A DNA stretch of 60,078 bases, counting the filler, from Dirinaria sp. TL-2023a (taxonomy: Eukaryota), in the NCBI GenBank assembly GCA_051941275.1. It is 12 parts of 12 records of this genome, joined end to end, with 100 filler letters (N's around TTAATTAATTAA, not from the genome) between each part and the next. Parts side by side here need not be neighbours in the genome. Positions count along the whole stretch, not along the records: positions 25,230 to 30,157 come from JAVEBF010001754.1; positions 30,258 to 35,165 come from JAVEBF010001755.1; positions 35,266 to 40,163 come from JAVEBF010001757.1; 9 more parts are not named here. One strand, 5' to 3'. Shown here piece by piece: positions 25,574-37,129 of the stretch. The translations under genes were made by a program, and so were the position numbers. Position 1 is the first letter of the stretch, and every line of letters begins with the position of its first letter. Under the pieces are notes generated by a model. It was given only the letters and a program-made list of their open reading frames with translations. It had not been told where the DNA came from and searched no databases.

Positions 25574-26188
25574 CTACCAAGAAAAAGGGAGAAAGGGGGA
25601 AAAGAAGGGTTTCTGGAAGTCTCTGCGTTGATTGTTGATATCGGTAGCATGCATAATCTGCTGCCTTATGAATTCCTCTTCAAGATCACCCTTCTTTTCG
25701 CACTCGTGCATTATCAGATTCGAGCCGGCAGTTCCCTTCAATTGGACGGATTCATTCATCAAAACGACTGTACATACAACCACGCTGGCAATATATCTTG
25801 CAATGATGCTCAATGCATCCTTAGTACTGATGAAAATGAGTGCATAGAATATAAAAATGCCCCAGATAATATGGAATAACGTGATCAGGGTATTGAACCC
25901 GAACAGGAATGCAAATTTCATGTTGCCTCTCCGCGAGCGGATATCCAGCTCCGCGGCCTGAGTTTCAAAAGTGAACTCGGGTCTTAATCGCCGCAACACT
26001 GAAGGACTTTTCAATTGGCTCTCGCCGGTCTGAGATGGGGTGTGCAAACGTTGTGAGAAGGCGCAGAGTCCTAAAAGATGAATACCGATGGCCAAGAACC
26101 CGTAGAGAAGTGGGTATAGAGCGCAAGTTGAAGATTCTGATTCAAGAACACTACAATACCACATCCTCTTGACCAACCTACGCTGCAT
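25574..26188 (-). pseudogene. Multi-TM uncharacterised fungal membrane protein, apparently a C-terminal remnant
   Basis: Hydrophobic segments YPLLYGFLAIGIHLLG and HIIWGIFIFYALIFISTKDALSIIARYIASVVVC. No convincing open N-terminal part upstream. Confidence 0.4.
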
Positions 26189-26839
26189 GCTATCGGACCA
26201 AAATCAGAGTTCGTGTCTACATGTGCGTCAGCTTCAAATGGTATCCTTTGCTTTTGCCTGCCTCGCTGCTGTACAGACTATGCTCATTGTTGCACGATTG
26301 CCCGTCGCTATAGCTGATGCGGCTCAATGATGCAGCGATTTGGGTGATATCGTGTGTTCTTGACTCCAATGCGGTATGGGGAATGGGTTGAATGTCGAGT
26401 GTCTTCTGAGATTATGGAGATCGTCGAGGCTCGATGCGAGTGCCAAGAAAAAGCGCATCCCGGCTTATGGTAGACCGTAGTCTTGGCGTATTACCATCTA
26501 GCACGAGGCCTGGGCCGAGGGGCCATTCCCACTACTTGCCCACATCAACTGGCGGAGTGAAGATGATACATGTATGTACAGAAATGCTCAAGAGAGATCT
26601 TCAGCTGTAAAAGCTTGTTTCATTCTTATCACTACTATTCCGCCAAAATCATATTCCAGTCCAGTGCAAGATTCTCATATACTCGCTTGGCGGACAATAG
26701 GTCGATTTGTCAAATAGTCGGAAGGGGACATTTTTCATTATCAAAATTTTGGGAAACCAAAAGCAGATTTGCTCCGCCTCAATCATCGCAAATATCAAGA
26801 AAATCCTGTCACAAATTATCTAGGAGGTTTGCAAGCATA

Positions 26840-29800
26840 ATGGCTGCCACTGATAGGGACGTTTTACCAGATAAGTACGCTTATTGCCTTCATTTCTCCT
26901 GTTTCCCTCAAACTAAACCTTGCTCAGGATCAAGCCGAGTCATTACGATCTTTCTCTGTACAACCTCGAACTCGGAGGTGCTTTTACTTTTCAGGGAACC
27001 GTCAAAATAACCATTGTCATTACCTCTCCTACTAAAGAGATCCTCCTAAATGCCCATCAACTCAAAGTCACTAGTGCCTCCGTCACTAGCAACAGCAAAT
27101 CTTCAAAAACCTCCGAGATCTTTTACATTGAATCGTCCCAGCGAGTATCCCTCCAGTTCCCAGAAGAACTCCCATCTGCTAGTGATGCAACTTTATCTAT
27201 TGATTATAGCGGTATTATGAACAATGACATGGCTGGCTTCTATCGCTCGCGTTACAAGCCCGAGGTCCAGCCTTCGGCTTCGGTTCCAAAAGTAGGAGAC
27301 TTCCACTTTATGTTCTCAACGCAGTTCGAGTCCTGCGATGCTCGTCGCGCTTTCCCATGCTTCGATGAGCCAAACCTCAAGGCTACGTTCGATGTCAGTA
27401 TCGAGATTCCAAAAGACCTAACAGCGTTGAGTAATATGCCTGAGAAAGGTACCCAGGAGGTGAAGGAGGGGATGAAAGTTGTAAGCTTTGAAAGAACGCC
27501 GGTTATGAGTACATATCTCCTGGCGTGGGCATTTGGAGATTTCGAGTATGTGGAAGGATCTACCCAGAGGGAATATCACGGAAAGAAGTTACCCGTCAGG
27601 GTGTACACGACAAGGGGTTTGAAGGATCAGGGGAGGTGGGCCCTGGAAAATGCAGGGAAAGTTGTGGATTATTTCTCGGAGGTATGCACGTACTGAAGCA
27701 GAAACGCTGGGGGAAGCTAATCATTTGATGCGTCAGATTTTCCATATTGATTATCCTTTGCCGAAGGCAGATCTACTTGCTGTCCACGAATTTGTAAGTA
27801 CATCTAAAATTCTGCCCTTGCCTGGCATGAGGCGCTGATGGCAGCTTCAGTCCATCATACGTATCCCTACTTCAATTTAGGAAGCAAAGCTGACCAAAGT
27901 CCTAGTCACACGGCGCCATGGAAAACTGGGGTCTGGTCACATACCGGACCACTGCAGTTCTATTTGATGAAAAACATTCCGATGCCAAGTATAGAGTACG
28001 TGTAGCGTACGTTGTAGCACATGGTAAGGCTTTTCCGTAAGCATGGTCAGATGGATGCTGATCAAGTACAGAATTGGCGCACCAATGGTTCGGTAACCTG
28101 GTAACTATGGATTGGTGGAGCGAGCTCTGGCTCAACGAAGGCTTCGCAACTTGGGTTGGGTGGCTAGCGGTTGACCATCTGCATCCCGAGTATCAGGTCT
28201 GGACGCAATTTGTAACTGAAGCCGTGCAAAGTGCCCAAAACCTGGATGCTTTGAGATCCAGTCATCCAATTGAGGTCCCGGTGAAAGATGCCTTGGAGAT
28301 TGATCAAATCTTCGATGCTATCAGCTACCTTAAGGGAAGTTCTGTTATTAGGATGTTGAGTAACCATTTGAGCGTAGAGGTTTTTTTGGAAGGAGTAAGT
28401 AATTATCTTAAAGCGCATGCTTATGGTATGTATCAGATGGTTTTCTATTTATGATCACTTGTCGGTCCTACCTTACGCTAAATATGCCCCTCGCCTGATA
28501 ACCATGGTCAGCATTTGATCCTCAAGACCCAGACTGATGTTTAGTAGGCAACGCCACAACCAACGACCTCTGGGCTGCTCTCAGCAAGGCCTCCGGTCAA
28601 GATGTAAATACTTTCATGGATCCGTGGATCCGAAAGATTGGGTTCCCAGTCGTAACCGTCGCGGAAGAACCAGGTCAACTCGGTATCCGCCAGTCACGCT
28701 TCCTTTCAGCAGGCGACGTTCAAAGCTCGGACGACGACACGCTCTGGTGGATTCCACTCGGACTCAAAACAGACCCTGAGGATACTGGTGCCTCTCCCAA
28801 AGCCTTAACAGGAAAGGAAGAGACACTCCGTAATGTTGACGAGCGGTTTTATAAGCTAAATACCGAGCAAACGGGATTCTACCGAACCAATTATCCACCT
28901 GCACGTCTAGCGAGCTTAGGCGAATCGAAGTCCAAGCTCAGCAACGAAGACAAGATTGGCTTTATCGCGGATGCAGCTGCTTTAGCAATATCAGGCGATG
29001 GTACAACAGCCGGCTTGTTGAACTTTGTCGAAAACTTCAAAGATGAGACCAGTCATGCGTAAGCATACCCCTTCCTTGATCGTCTCATTCCAATACAAAT
29101 TTACTAACCAAGTTCAGCGTTTGGTCCCAATTGATAATGTCATTATCCAACGTGCGCTCAATATTCGCCTCTAATGAGGCCATCTCCACCGGCTTGAAGG
29201 CTTTTACCCTCCGTCTCGTTGGATCGGCTACCGAGAACATAGGCTGGGACTTTAAGCCAGACGAAGACTTCTTAACAGGGCAATTAAGGGCTCTTTTAAT
29301 TGGCACTGCCGGTCTGGCTGGCCATAAAGCGTGCGTTGACTCAATTTAGAGACCCATTACCCTCAGACAGCTCAATGTTTACTAACTGCCCTCAAGTACG
29401 ATCCAAGAATCACAAAGGCGATTTGACGCATACCTCAAAGGGGAGCATGATGCAATTCACCCTTCCCTGCGCCTACCGATCTTCCGCATCTGCGTTAATG
29501 AAGGTGGCCAGACTGCTTACTCAGCGCTCAAGAACGAGTACTTGAACACCAAGAGTATCGATGGTAGAGAGATCTGTCTCCAAGCCATGGGACGAGTACA
29601 GAGCACTGAGTTGGCGAGGGACTTTATGAACTTCCAATTCGGAGAGCATGTAGCCGTGCAGGACGCTCATACCGGTACGTCTCATCTCACATACCTGCTG
29701 AATAGTCATCCATGTGGCGCGGAAGGCTTCTCTCGCCAGCTCAAGCTCAAGGCGCATGGGGGAAAGCGAAACTTAACACTAACGTCAATCCCACATTTCA

Positions 29801-30115
29801 GGCTCGATCGCACTAGCCCAAAACGCCAAAACCCGCTCCGAGGTGTGGAAATACGTCAAAGAGAAGTGGGACATCATCTACCGCAAGCTCTCGGGCAACA
29901 TGGTGGTGCTGGATCGCTACGTCAAGACGACCCTCGGCAAATTCGCCTCCCTGGACGTCGAACGCGATATCGCTCTGTTTTTCAAGGACAAGGACCAGAA
30001 AGGGTTCGATCGGGGCCTCGTGCAGGTTTCGGATACTATCACTGCGAATGCGCGGTATAAGGAGCGCGATGAGATGTTGGTTCGGGAGTGGTTGAGCGCG
30101 CATGGGTATTTGTGA
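26840..30115 (+). CDS. APE2: M1 family alanyl aminopeptidase (Ape2/Aap1-like), multi-exon
   Basis: [48 protein letters not shown] (HEXXH split by an intron), WLNEGFA, ISYLKG and an ERAP1-like C-terminus. An in-frame upstream ATG exists at 26570. Confidence 0.93.
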
Positions 30116-30157
30116 GAAGGGGGAAAAGGTCAGTGTGAAGGAAGTAGAGGGAGGGAG

Positions 30158-30257
30158 NNNNNNNNNNNNNNNNNNNNNNNNNNNNNNNNNNNNNNNNNNN
30201 NTTAATTAATTAANNNNNNNNNNNNNNNNNNNNNNNNNNNNNNNNNNNNNNNNNNNN
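30158..30257. other. Artificial contig linker
   Basis: N44-TTAATTAATTAA-N44. Confidence 0.99.
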
Positions 30258-30716
30258 CCCTCACCCCAATCTCTCCTCCCCAATCCTCATCCCCTAAATC
30301 CAATTCCTTCCCTCTGCATTATTATGATGTACCCAGAGCGCTAGTAGTATCAACTTGTCCCAAAAATGCCCTCTCACGAGTTGAGCTATAGAATTCTGGG
30401 ATTGGATCAAATCCGTCAAGTATTGAAAAGTCTCTACCGTCATTGTAGGCCACCTGTTGAGCAACTCCGTGCGTCGACGACCGAAGTATGTTCTCGAGCA
30501 ATGATTTAAGATCACTGCTTGTGCGCGTTGCGTAGACAGGAAGTGTGGGGGGAAAAAAGATTGATCATTCAATATCGAGCAGATCGCACAATTCTAGTAA
30601 TTCAATGCGTATAAATGACATCTCAATACTTTTCTCACTGCGCAGCTACAGTTGAATATGATCAAAAACCAAGGTATGCTGCGATTACATCGGCCTTGTC
30701 ACCTCGGCTCTTGTGA

Positions 30717-33105
30717 TCAAACAGGATTCTTGTCTAATCTCCTATTCGCTGGGCCCATGACGAGGCGTTCTCTCTTCTCACGCGCTTTCCTTTCCGACAT
30801 CGCTTTGTCATGCATGTATCGCAGCAGGGCAACGAGTACACAGAATGTTGCAATCGAAACAAATATGCTTGCGAAAAATTGCCAGAAGCGCCGCTGATCC
30901 AACTCGGATTCACGAATATCGATCAGGTTCATACCCCAGTAGCCAGTCAGCGATGAGAATGGCACGAACACGATCGAGACGGTGGTGATCAAGAAAAGTG
31001 CTCCATTTTGTCTGTCGGTCACGATTCCATGCTGCCGCTGCTGTATCGAACGTAGATCGTAGACCTATTCAGGACCATCGTCAACAATGCACTTCTTTGA
31101 TGGTGTGGAAACTCGAGAAGTTAGTTATTCATACCGAGTCCAAAGTCATGCTGATATCCTCGAATAGTACGTCATAAGCCTTGCTTTGCCGCTGGCTCCG
31201 GGAAAGAGCAGTCTGCACTTTTTCCAAAGCAGACACTTCACCCTCATGCTCTGGTAGCCGTCCCTGCTCCAGATCTTCCTTCTCAATCCGTTCGACGTCC
31301 TTTTTAAGAGTTTCGAAAACATGTTCGCGATGCTTACTCACAACCGTTATTCGTCTTAGCTCATCCTTGCAGATTAGCATATCTTGGATAAGGTCCGCGG
31401 GCTCATATCGGTCTCTGCGGTTGAAGTGATCGTCCCGGCGATGTATCTGCATTGAAGCAACAAGCATCAAGTTAGTAAACCAGATTGATGCTGAGAACGG
31501 ATGATTTGACAAACAAATTGTTGGATCACTTCTTGATACGCTGTTTCCAAAGTTGGGGCATTGTAACCCTGCCGGTCAGAGTGCGGAGTGACGCCGATTT
31601 CGGTCATCAGATGAACAACCAGCCATTCGACCGTTACTCGATGCCAATTTCGTGTTCCGCTATTTTTGAAATGGTGCCGAACGAAAGCAATGGCCGAAGC
31701 AACATCGTTGTCAAAGATCGCGTCGCGTGGTTCTTCCAGATGCCTTCGAAGATTACGATCTAGATAAGTTACACCACGAATCGGCGACAGCGTCAGTAGG
31801 AAACCTATTCAAGTGTCAAATTCTATCCTAGAGCTAGCATTCGTTAGACGAGTAGACCGGCCTACCATCGCCACGGTGAAAACATCGGAAGGGATCTCGA
31901 ACCACTTGAGCAGAGCTGAAAAACCTATGCTTGTGCAGCGCTTGCCTGTCAGATTGCCAAAGAGTTGGGTTGAGTCCGTCCAATGGCCCGCAGCCTGATT
32001 TAGCGGCACCTTCTGTAAGCTGCCTAGGCACGTCTGAATTGCACACCGTCCAAAAGTTTGGCAGAGTCTTCCAATCTTCGGCAAGACCTAGATGCGTAGT
32101 TCTCCATCGGAGGTCGTCCAAGATACCTAAACCGTCAGTTTGTGAGCTTGGTTCGAATCCAGCCCAACAGTCTGCATTGAGCTGCTCCGTAAGCTCGCTC
32201 TGGTCATGTAAAAAGTGGTAAACGTCTCTCATTTTCTGGAAGCGGGCACGATCGACAAGGTTCAAAACCTCCAGTTCCACGTAGGGAAAATCTAACCCTG
32301 CAGAATTGTGAAAATGCCTCCCGGCTGGGCCACTGTGTAGAAAAATATCTTCTATGGTTGAGTGGAGAGGGCCTAAGCCCAGTGGTGCGTGAATCCATCT
32401 CACTTGTACATCTTTTGGCTTATTTTCCAGGTGTCTAATTATTTCGGAAAGTCTATATTCTTGCGTGTCTGCGCTATTCTTTTTGAAATCGGTAACGTAA
32501 ACTTTCACTTCGGATCTAGGCGGAAAATGCGCTTTCACCAAACGTTTGAAGTTGCCGGCTTCATGGTGCAGTGGTGCTGAGTGGAGAAATGGAAATATTC
32601 GACGAGCCCATGAATCCGAGTTCGAATATCCTTTATGAAGACGTTCGAGCTCTTCGTCTAGGCTAGGATCAGGCTTTCCGTGTTTCTTAAGTCTCTCTTT
32701 CCTCTCTTCCTCCTTCTTCATATACGCTGCTGCTATGGGAGCAAAGTTTGTCAAAGCGTCCCGCGTATCAACGCTGTGTTGCAATTGCTTGGTCTGTGCG
32801 AATCTATCGGACTGATTAGAGAAAGTACGTGGTGTTTTGGAATCTGTTTCGCTCGCGGCCACTCCAAATCGGGTAGAATGAGAGCTGGATGATTGTCGAT
32901 GCTTGCTGGCTTCGCTAGATCTACGCCTTTCTTCTTGTGCCGCCATTGAGGGCCGATCGGCCCTCTCCGATGCTGCAGGCTCAATCGAGTCATCGCTGTC
33001 GCTTTGGTCGTCGACGATATCTGCCTCGGGAATCATTTCGATTGAGCGCAGTTCTGGATTGTAGCGAGGAGTTTTAAACGCTACATCGCCCCGTTTTGGA
33101 GCCAT
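30717..33105 (-). CDS. Divergent CorA/ZntB-like membrane protein with a long soluble N-terminus
   Basis: 423-aa first exon and three introns. Coiled helices, then two TM segments with LTGYWGMNL (GMN signature). Confidence 0.75.
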
Positions 33106-34440
33106 TTCTAATCGGAATTCTTGTAGTCTTGGTTTTAATACAGATTTCTTATTGAGACTTGGGTTTCAGTATTACATTGATAGGAGCCTTTGCTTGCCGA
33201 TGTTGGTGATTTGGGGTAGACCGTTCAGCAAAGCTAAGAAGACTGGCAAAAACAGCGGCTCGACTTCAAGAACCCTCCATAATGAGTGTGTAGTGCGCAA
33301 AAAAACAGTGTTCGAGAAGACGTGGTATCTGTACGTTCAAGGGAGGCTATATCAAAGTCGACGACAAGGCTGAACGACAAGGCTGAAGGTATCACAGTCC
33401 AGGCACGGGTAACCTCATCCCACACGTTTTGTCGAGGGTGACCGAATGGAGTCAGAGGAGTAGACTCGGGACGTGCCACTAGTCGTCGGCATCCCGCACA
33501 GGCTTGCAACTCCGAGGTCTCAGCCCCCAGACCAACGTCCATCGCTCGAGACTTGTGGTGGCGTATCTGCATTATCCAGCTTGATAGGGACAAGACTGCG
33601 CAGACAAGGTCACGAAGCTGTTCTGACTCGATCAGGCAGCCTCTGCTTGACATACTCATGTCTCGTCGTCTTTGACGCGGCGCCGCTCGGCTGCCAATGC
33701 GGAATTTGAAGAGCGCCCACTTCTTGAAGTCAGCCTGGCATCAGCATCAGCCTCAGCCTCGTCACATCTCGATCTCGGCGGGCCGCTGTTTATCCGAGAC
33801 CATTATCTCCCGAGCCTCCACAGCCTCCACAGCCTCCACAGCCTCTTAGGCTTAGCCAAGCTCTCGGTCCTGTTCGAAAGTCAAAGAGCCAAGTAAGCTC
33901 GTAAGGTATCTACCTTACGGAGACTACCTACCTTACTCTAGGTAATTAACAAGCCTTACTTCTTACTTCTGTGAAGGCGGTACTATCAATAGATCGCCTT
34001 TCCTACCGTCAATGTATATCGAATGCCCAAGGCATGTTTGCCAGAACCCATCTATAGCGAAAATCATGTCACACTAATGCTGTCTACTACTTGAACTCCT
34101 TCTTGACTGTGTATGAAGCTTGGCTAAATCGGACGAGCAATGACATTGAAGATCTACCCTATCGACAACAGAGGCTCTGGATATTCGCTGCACTTGTACA
34201 TAATTCTGTGCACGCTGTCGCTTGTATACGTACTTCCTGGGGCAGAATTGGGATACCATATATAATTCAAGATCGTGATGTGGACTGGGCGGAATGATTT
34301 CTGTGCTTAAGCAATGACTTATAATTTTATCAGCAATGCTATCTTGTCAGAGACTGGGGCTCTTTTTTTTTTTTTTTGGAAACTCTATCGCGGCTCTGAG
34401 ATTAACGGACAAAGGCGCTGTCGTGCTGCGGCTGCCCAGC

Positions 34441-35165
34441 TCATAAAAAAGTATACTTATTATCGTAGACCAACTCTCGCATCTTCCGAGCCCTTTCGTG
34501 TAACTCCTCAGCCTCCATGATCTTCCCCTGTCTGTCAAACGTCATTGCTAGATGTTCGACGCTCTCCAACGTGTCGGGATGCTCGACTCCCAGCATCTTC
34601 TCTCTGCCTTCGAGCGCCCGTCGATACATCTTCTCAGCCGCATCATACTTTTTCTGATCCCCAAAAAAACATGCCAAATTATGAGCGCCGCTTAACGTGT
34701 CGGGATGCTCTACTCCCAGCACCTTCTCTCTGCCTTCTAATACCCGTCGATACATCTTCTCAGCCGCATCAAACTTATCTAGATGCCAAAAAACCCGTCC
34801 CAACCCTTGAACCCTGCTTAATGTCTCGGGATGCTCGACCCCTAGCACCTTCTCGCTGCCTTCGAGCGCCCGTCGATACATCTGCTCAGCCGCATCATAC
34901 TTTCCCTGGTACCGAAACAACCTTGCCAAATTTTGAACGCTGCTTAACGTGTTGGGATGCTCAACTCCCAGCATTTTCTCTCTGCCTTCTAGCGCTCGTC
35001 GATATATCTTCTCCGCCGTCTCGTACTTTCCTTGACGCTCAAGCACCATTGCAAAATGCGTGATGGTATTCAATGTGTCAGGATGCTCGACTCCCAGCAC
35101 CTTTTCCCCGCCTTCTAGCACTCGTCGGAGCACCGTCTCGCACTCCTCCCATCGACCTTGCCTAT
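34441..35165 (-). CDS. C-terminal TPR array (42-aa LGVEHPDTL repeats) of a probable NLR-like protein, 5' truncated
   Basis: Exact 126-bp period (tgctcnacncc at 34580, 34706, 34832, 34958, 35084). Frame is open to the contig edge. Confidence 0.88.
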
Positions 35166-35265
35166 NNNNNNNNNNNNNNNNNNNNNNNNNNNNNNNNNNN
35201 NNNNNNNNNTTAATTAATTAANNNNNNNNNNNNNNNNNNNNNNNNNNNNNNNNNNNNNNNNNNNN
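35166..35265. other. Artificial contig linker
   Basis: N44-TTAATTAATTAA-N44. Confidence 0.99.
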
Positions 35266-35624
35266 CCCAAGCACTTCCCCCGAGACATTCGATTCCACCA
35301 TTATTCTACGGTCGGAAACCCTTACAGCTTCGTCGTTATGTCACACCCAGCAGCACAAGCCTGCTCCTATCGAGCTGAGGCGTCTCTCATACCTCCATTC
35401 CTTCCCATGCACCACGCGACATCGCAGAGGAGAGGAGCTGGGGACGTTCAGAGGCAGTTTCAGCTTGTCGGTCAGCAAGCGGGCACACGAGCTAGCGACA
35501 ATGGTGACGGGGCGTACGTCTCATGGGGAGCTCTGCGCAGCTGGGACGCGCTACAAAGGCAAGTCAGGAAGAAACACTGTCAGACCCTCAAGCTGACAAG
35601 CTCTCATCGTCCCAGGCAACCCCC

Positions 35625-36800
35625 CGCTACGATCCGCCGAGCAAACGAAGAACCTACAGTGAGCCTGCTACAATGGAACTCCGCCGGCAACCACAATGAC
35701 TGCTCGATCACCTGTCAACGGACGGAGGTAGAGGAGACTTGGTGCGGCGGGCAAGGATAAGAGCTTCGAATGCATACACATCGTTGGAGCCTGGGTTGAC
35801 TGGAGAAGAACTACGCTTTGCATTAGGCGCTGGCGTAACCTCGCGCTGCGATCCCCCGAGCAAACAGGGAGCCTACAGTGAGCCTGCTACAATGGACCTT
35901 CGTCAACATCCACAATAATTGCTCAAGCACCTGGCGTTGACCGAGGTAGAGGGGACTGGGTGGGACGGGGAAGGATAAGAGCTTCGAAACCATACACTTC
36001 GTTGGAGGCTGCCTCGCACTGCGATCCGCCGAGCAAAGGAAGAACCTACAGTGAGCCTGCTACAATGGACTCTCGCCAACATCCACAATAACTGCTCAAG
36101 CACCTGCAACCGCGTTGACTGAGGTAGAGGGCCGCGGGGAAGGACAAGAGCTTGGAAAGCATACACTTCCTTGGAGGCTGCCTCGCGCTGCGATCCGCCG
36201 AGCATACGAAGAATCTACAGCGATCCTGCTACAATAGATCTCCGCCAACATCCACAAGGACTGCTAGAGCTAAGTAGAGGGCGGCGGGGAAGGATAAGAT
36301 CTTGGCAAGCATACACTTCGCTGGAGGTTGGGTTGACTGGACACGAACTACGCTTCGCATTGGGTGCTGGGGTTACCTCGCGCTGCGCAAACAGAGCCTA
36401 CAGTGAGCCTGCTACAATGGACCTCCGCCAGCAACCACAATTATTGCTCGAGCCCTCGCGACGGTGTTGATCGAGGTAGAGATGATTCGATGGGACGGAG
36501 AAGAGTGAGAGCTTGGAAGGCATACACTTCGTTGAAGCCTTGGTTAGCTGGACAGAAATCACGCTTGCATTGGGCGCTGGGATTCTTTCGGACTGGAATC
36601 CGCCGAGCAAACGGAGAACCTACAGTGAGCCTGCTACAATGGACCTCTGCCAACCATAATGACTGCCCGAGCTCTTGAGACGACGTTGACTGGGAGACTC
36701 GATGGGACGGCAAAGAATAAGAGCTTGGAAAGCATACACTTCGTGGGAGCCTGGGTTGACTGAAGATGGACTACAACATGGCTTGAGCGCTGGGGTTGCA
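35625..36800 (+). repeat. Six-unit modular tandem repeat (169-222 bp units)
   Basis: Block CCTACAGTGAGCCTGCTACAATGGA at 35653, 35872, 36045, 36214 (variant), 36397 and 36619. Block GAGCTTGGAAAGCATACACTTCG, with variants, at about 35761, 35979, 36148, 36298, 36509 and 36721. Confidence 0.93.
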
Positions 36801-37129
36801 GATGACTTGGAGCTGCGAAGAGACGGACGCCAGGACTGGCTGCGACTGGATGGAGGAAAAGAACGAAGACTGTGGCAGGCCATAAGCAGCAATGGTCCGT
36901 TCGAGCGACTGATGGGCGTAGCACATGTCAATTGCAGTTGGCTGGATGCAAGAAGTCCTGGAGTGTTACATCAATCGGTATGCAGGTTCCTCGAGGAGGG
37001 AGACGGGCACGAGATCCTCAACTGACTGTGTGGTCCTAGGTCCGGCTCGTACCCACAGCTCTTCACACTCCGCGTTTCCTCTCCAACACACTTAGTCCCA
37101 GAACCTCAACTTCCATGCGCAGCTTTGAG

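Noticed and set aside
27794..27905. Stwintron (nested twin intron)
   Set aside because: Removing either sub-intron does not rebuild a split donor or acceptor; a cassette micro-exon fits better.
35625..36800. CRISPR array
   Set aside because: Eukaryotic context, no cas genes, and the sequence between conserved blocks is homologous between units rather than unique spacers.
35625..36800. Hammerhead retrozyme or C/D snoRNA cluster
   Set aside because: No repeated CTGANGA..GAAA core or RTGATGA/CTGA box pair found in the units by eye.
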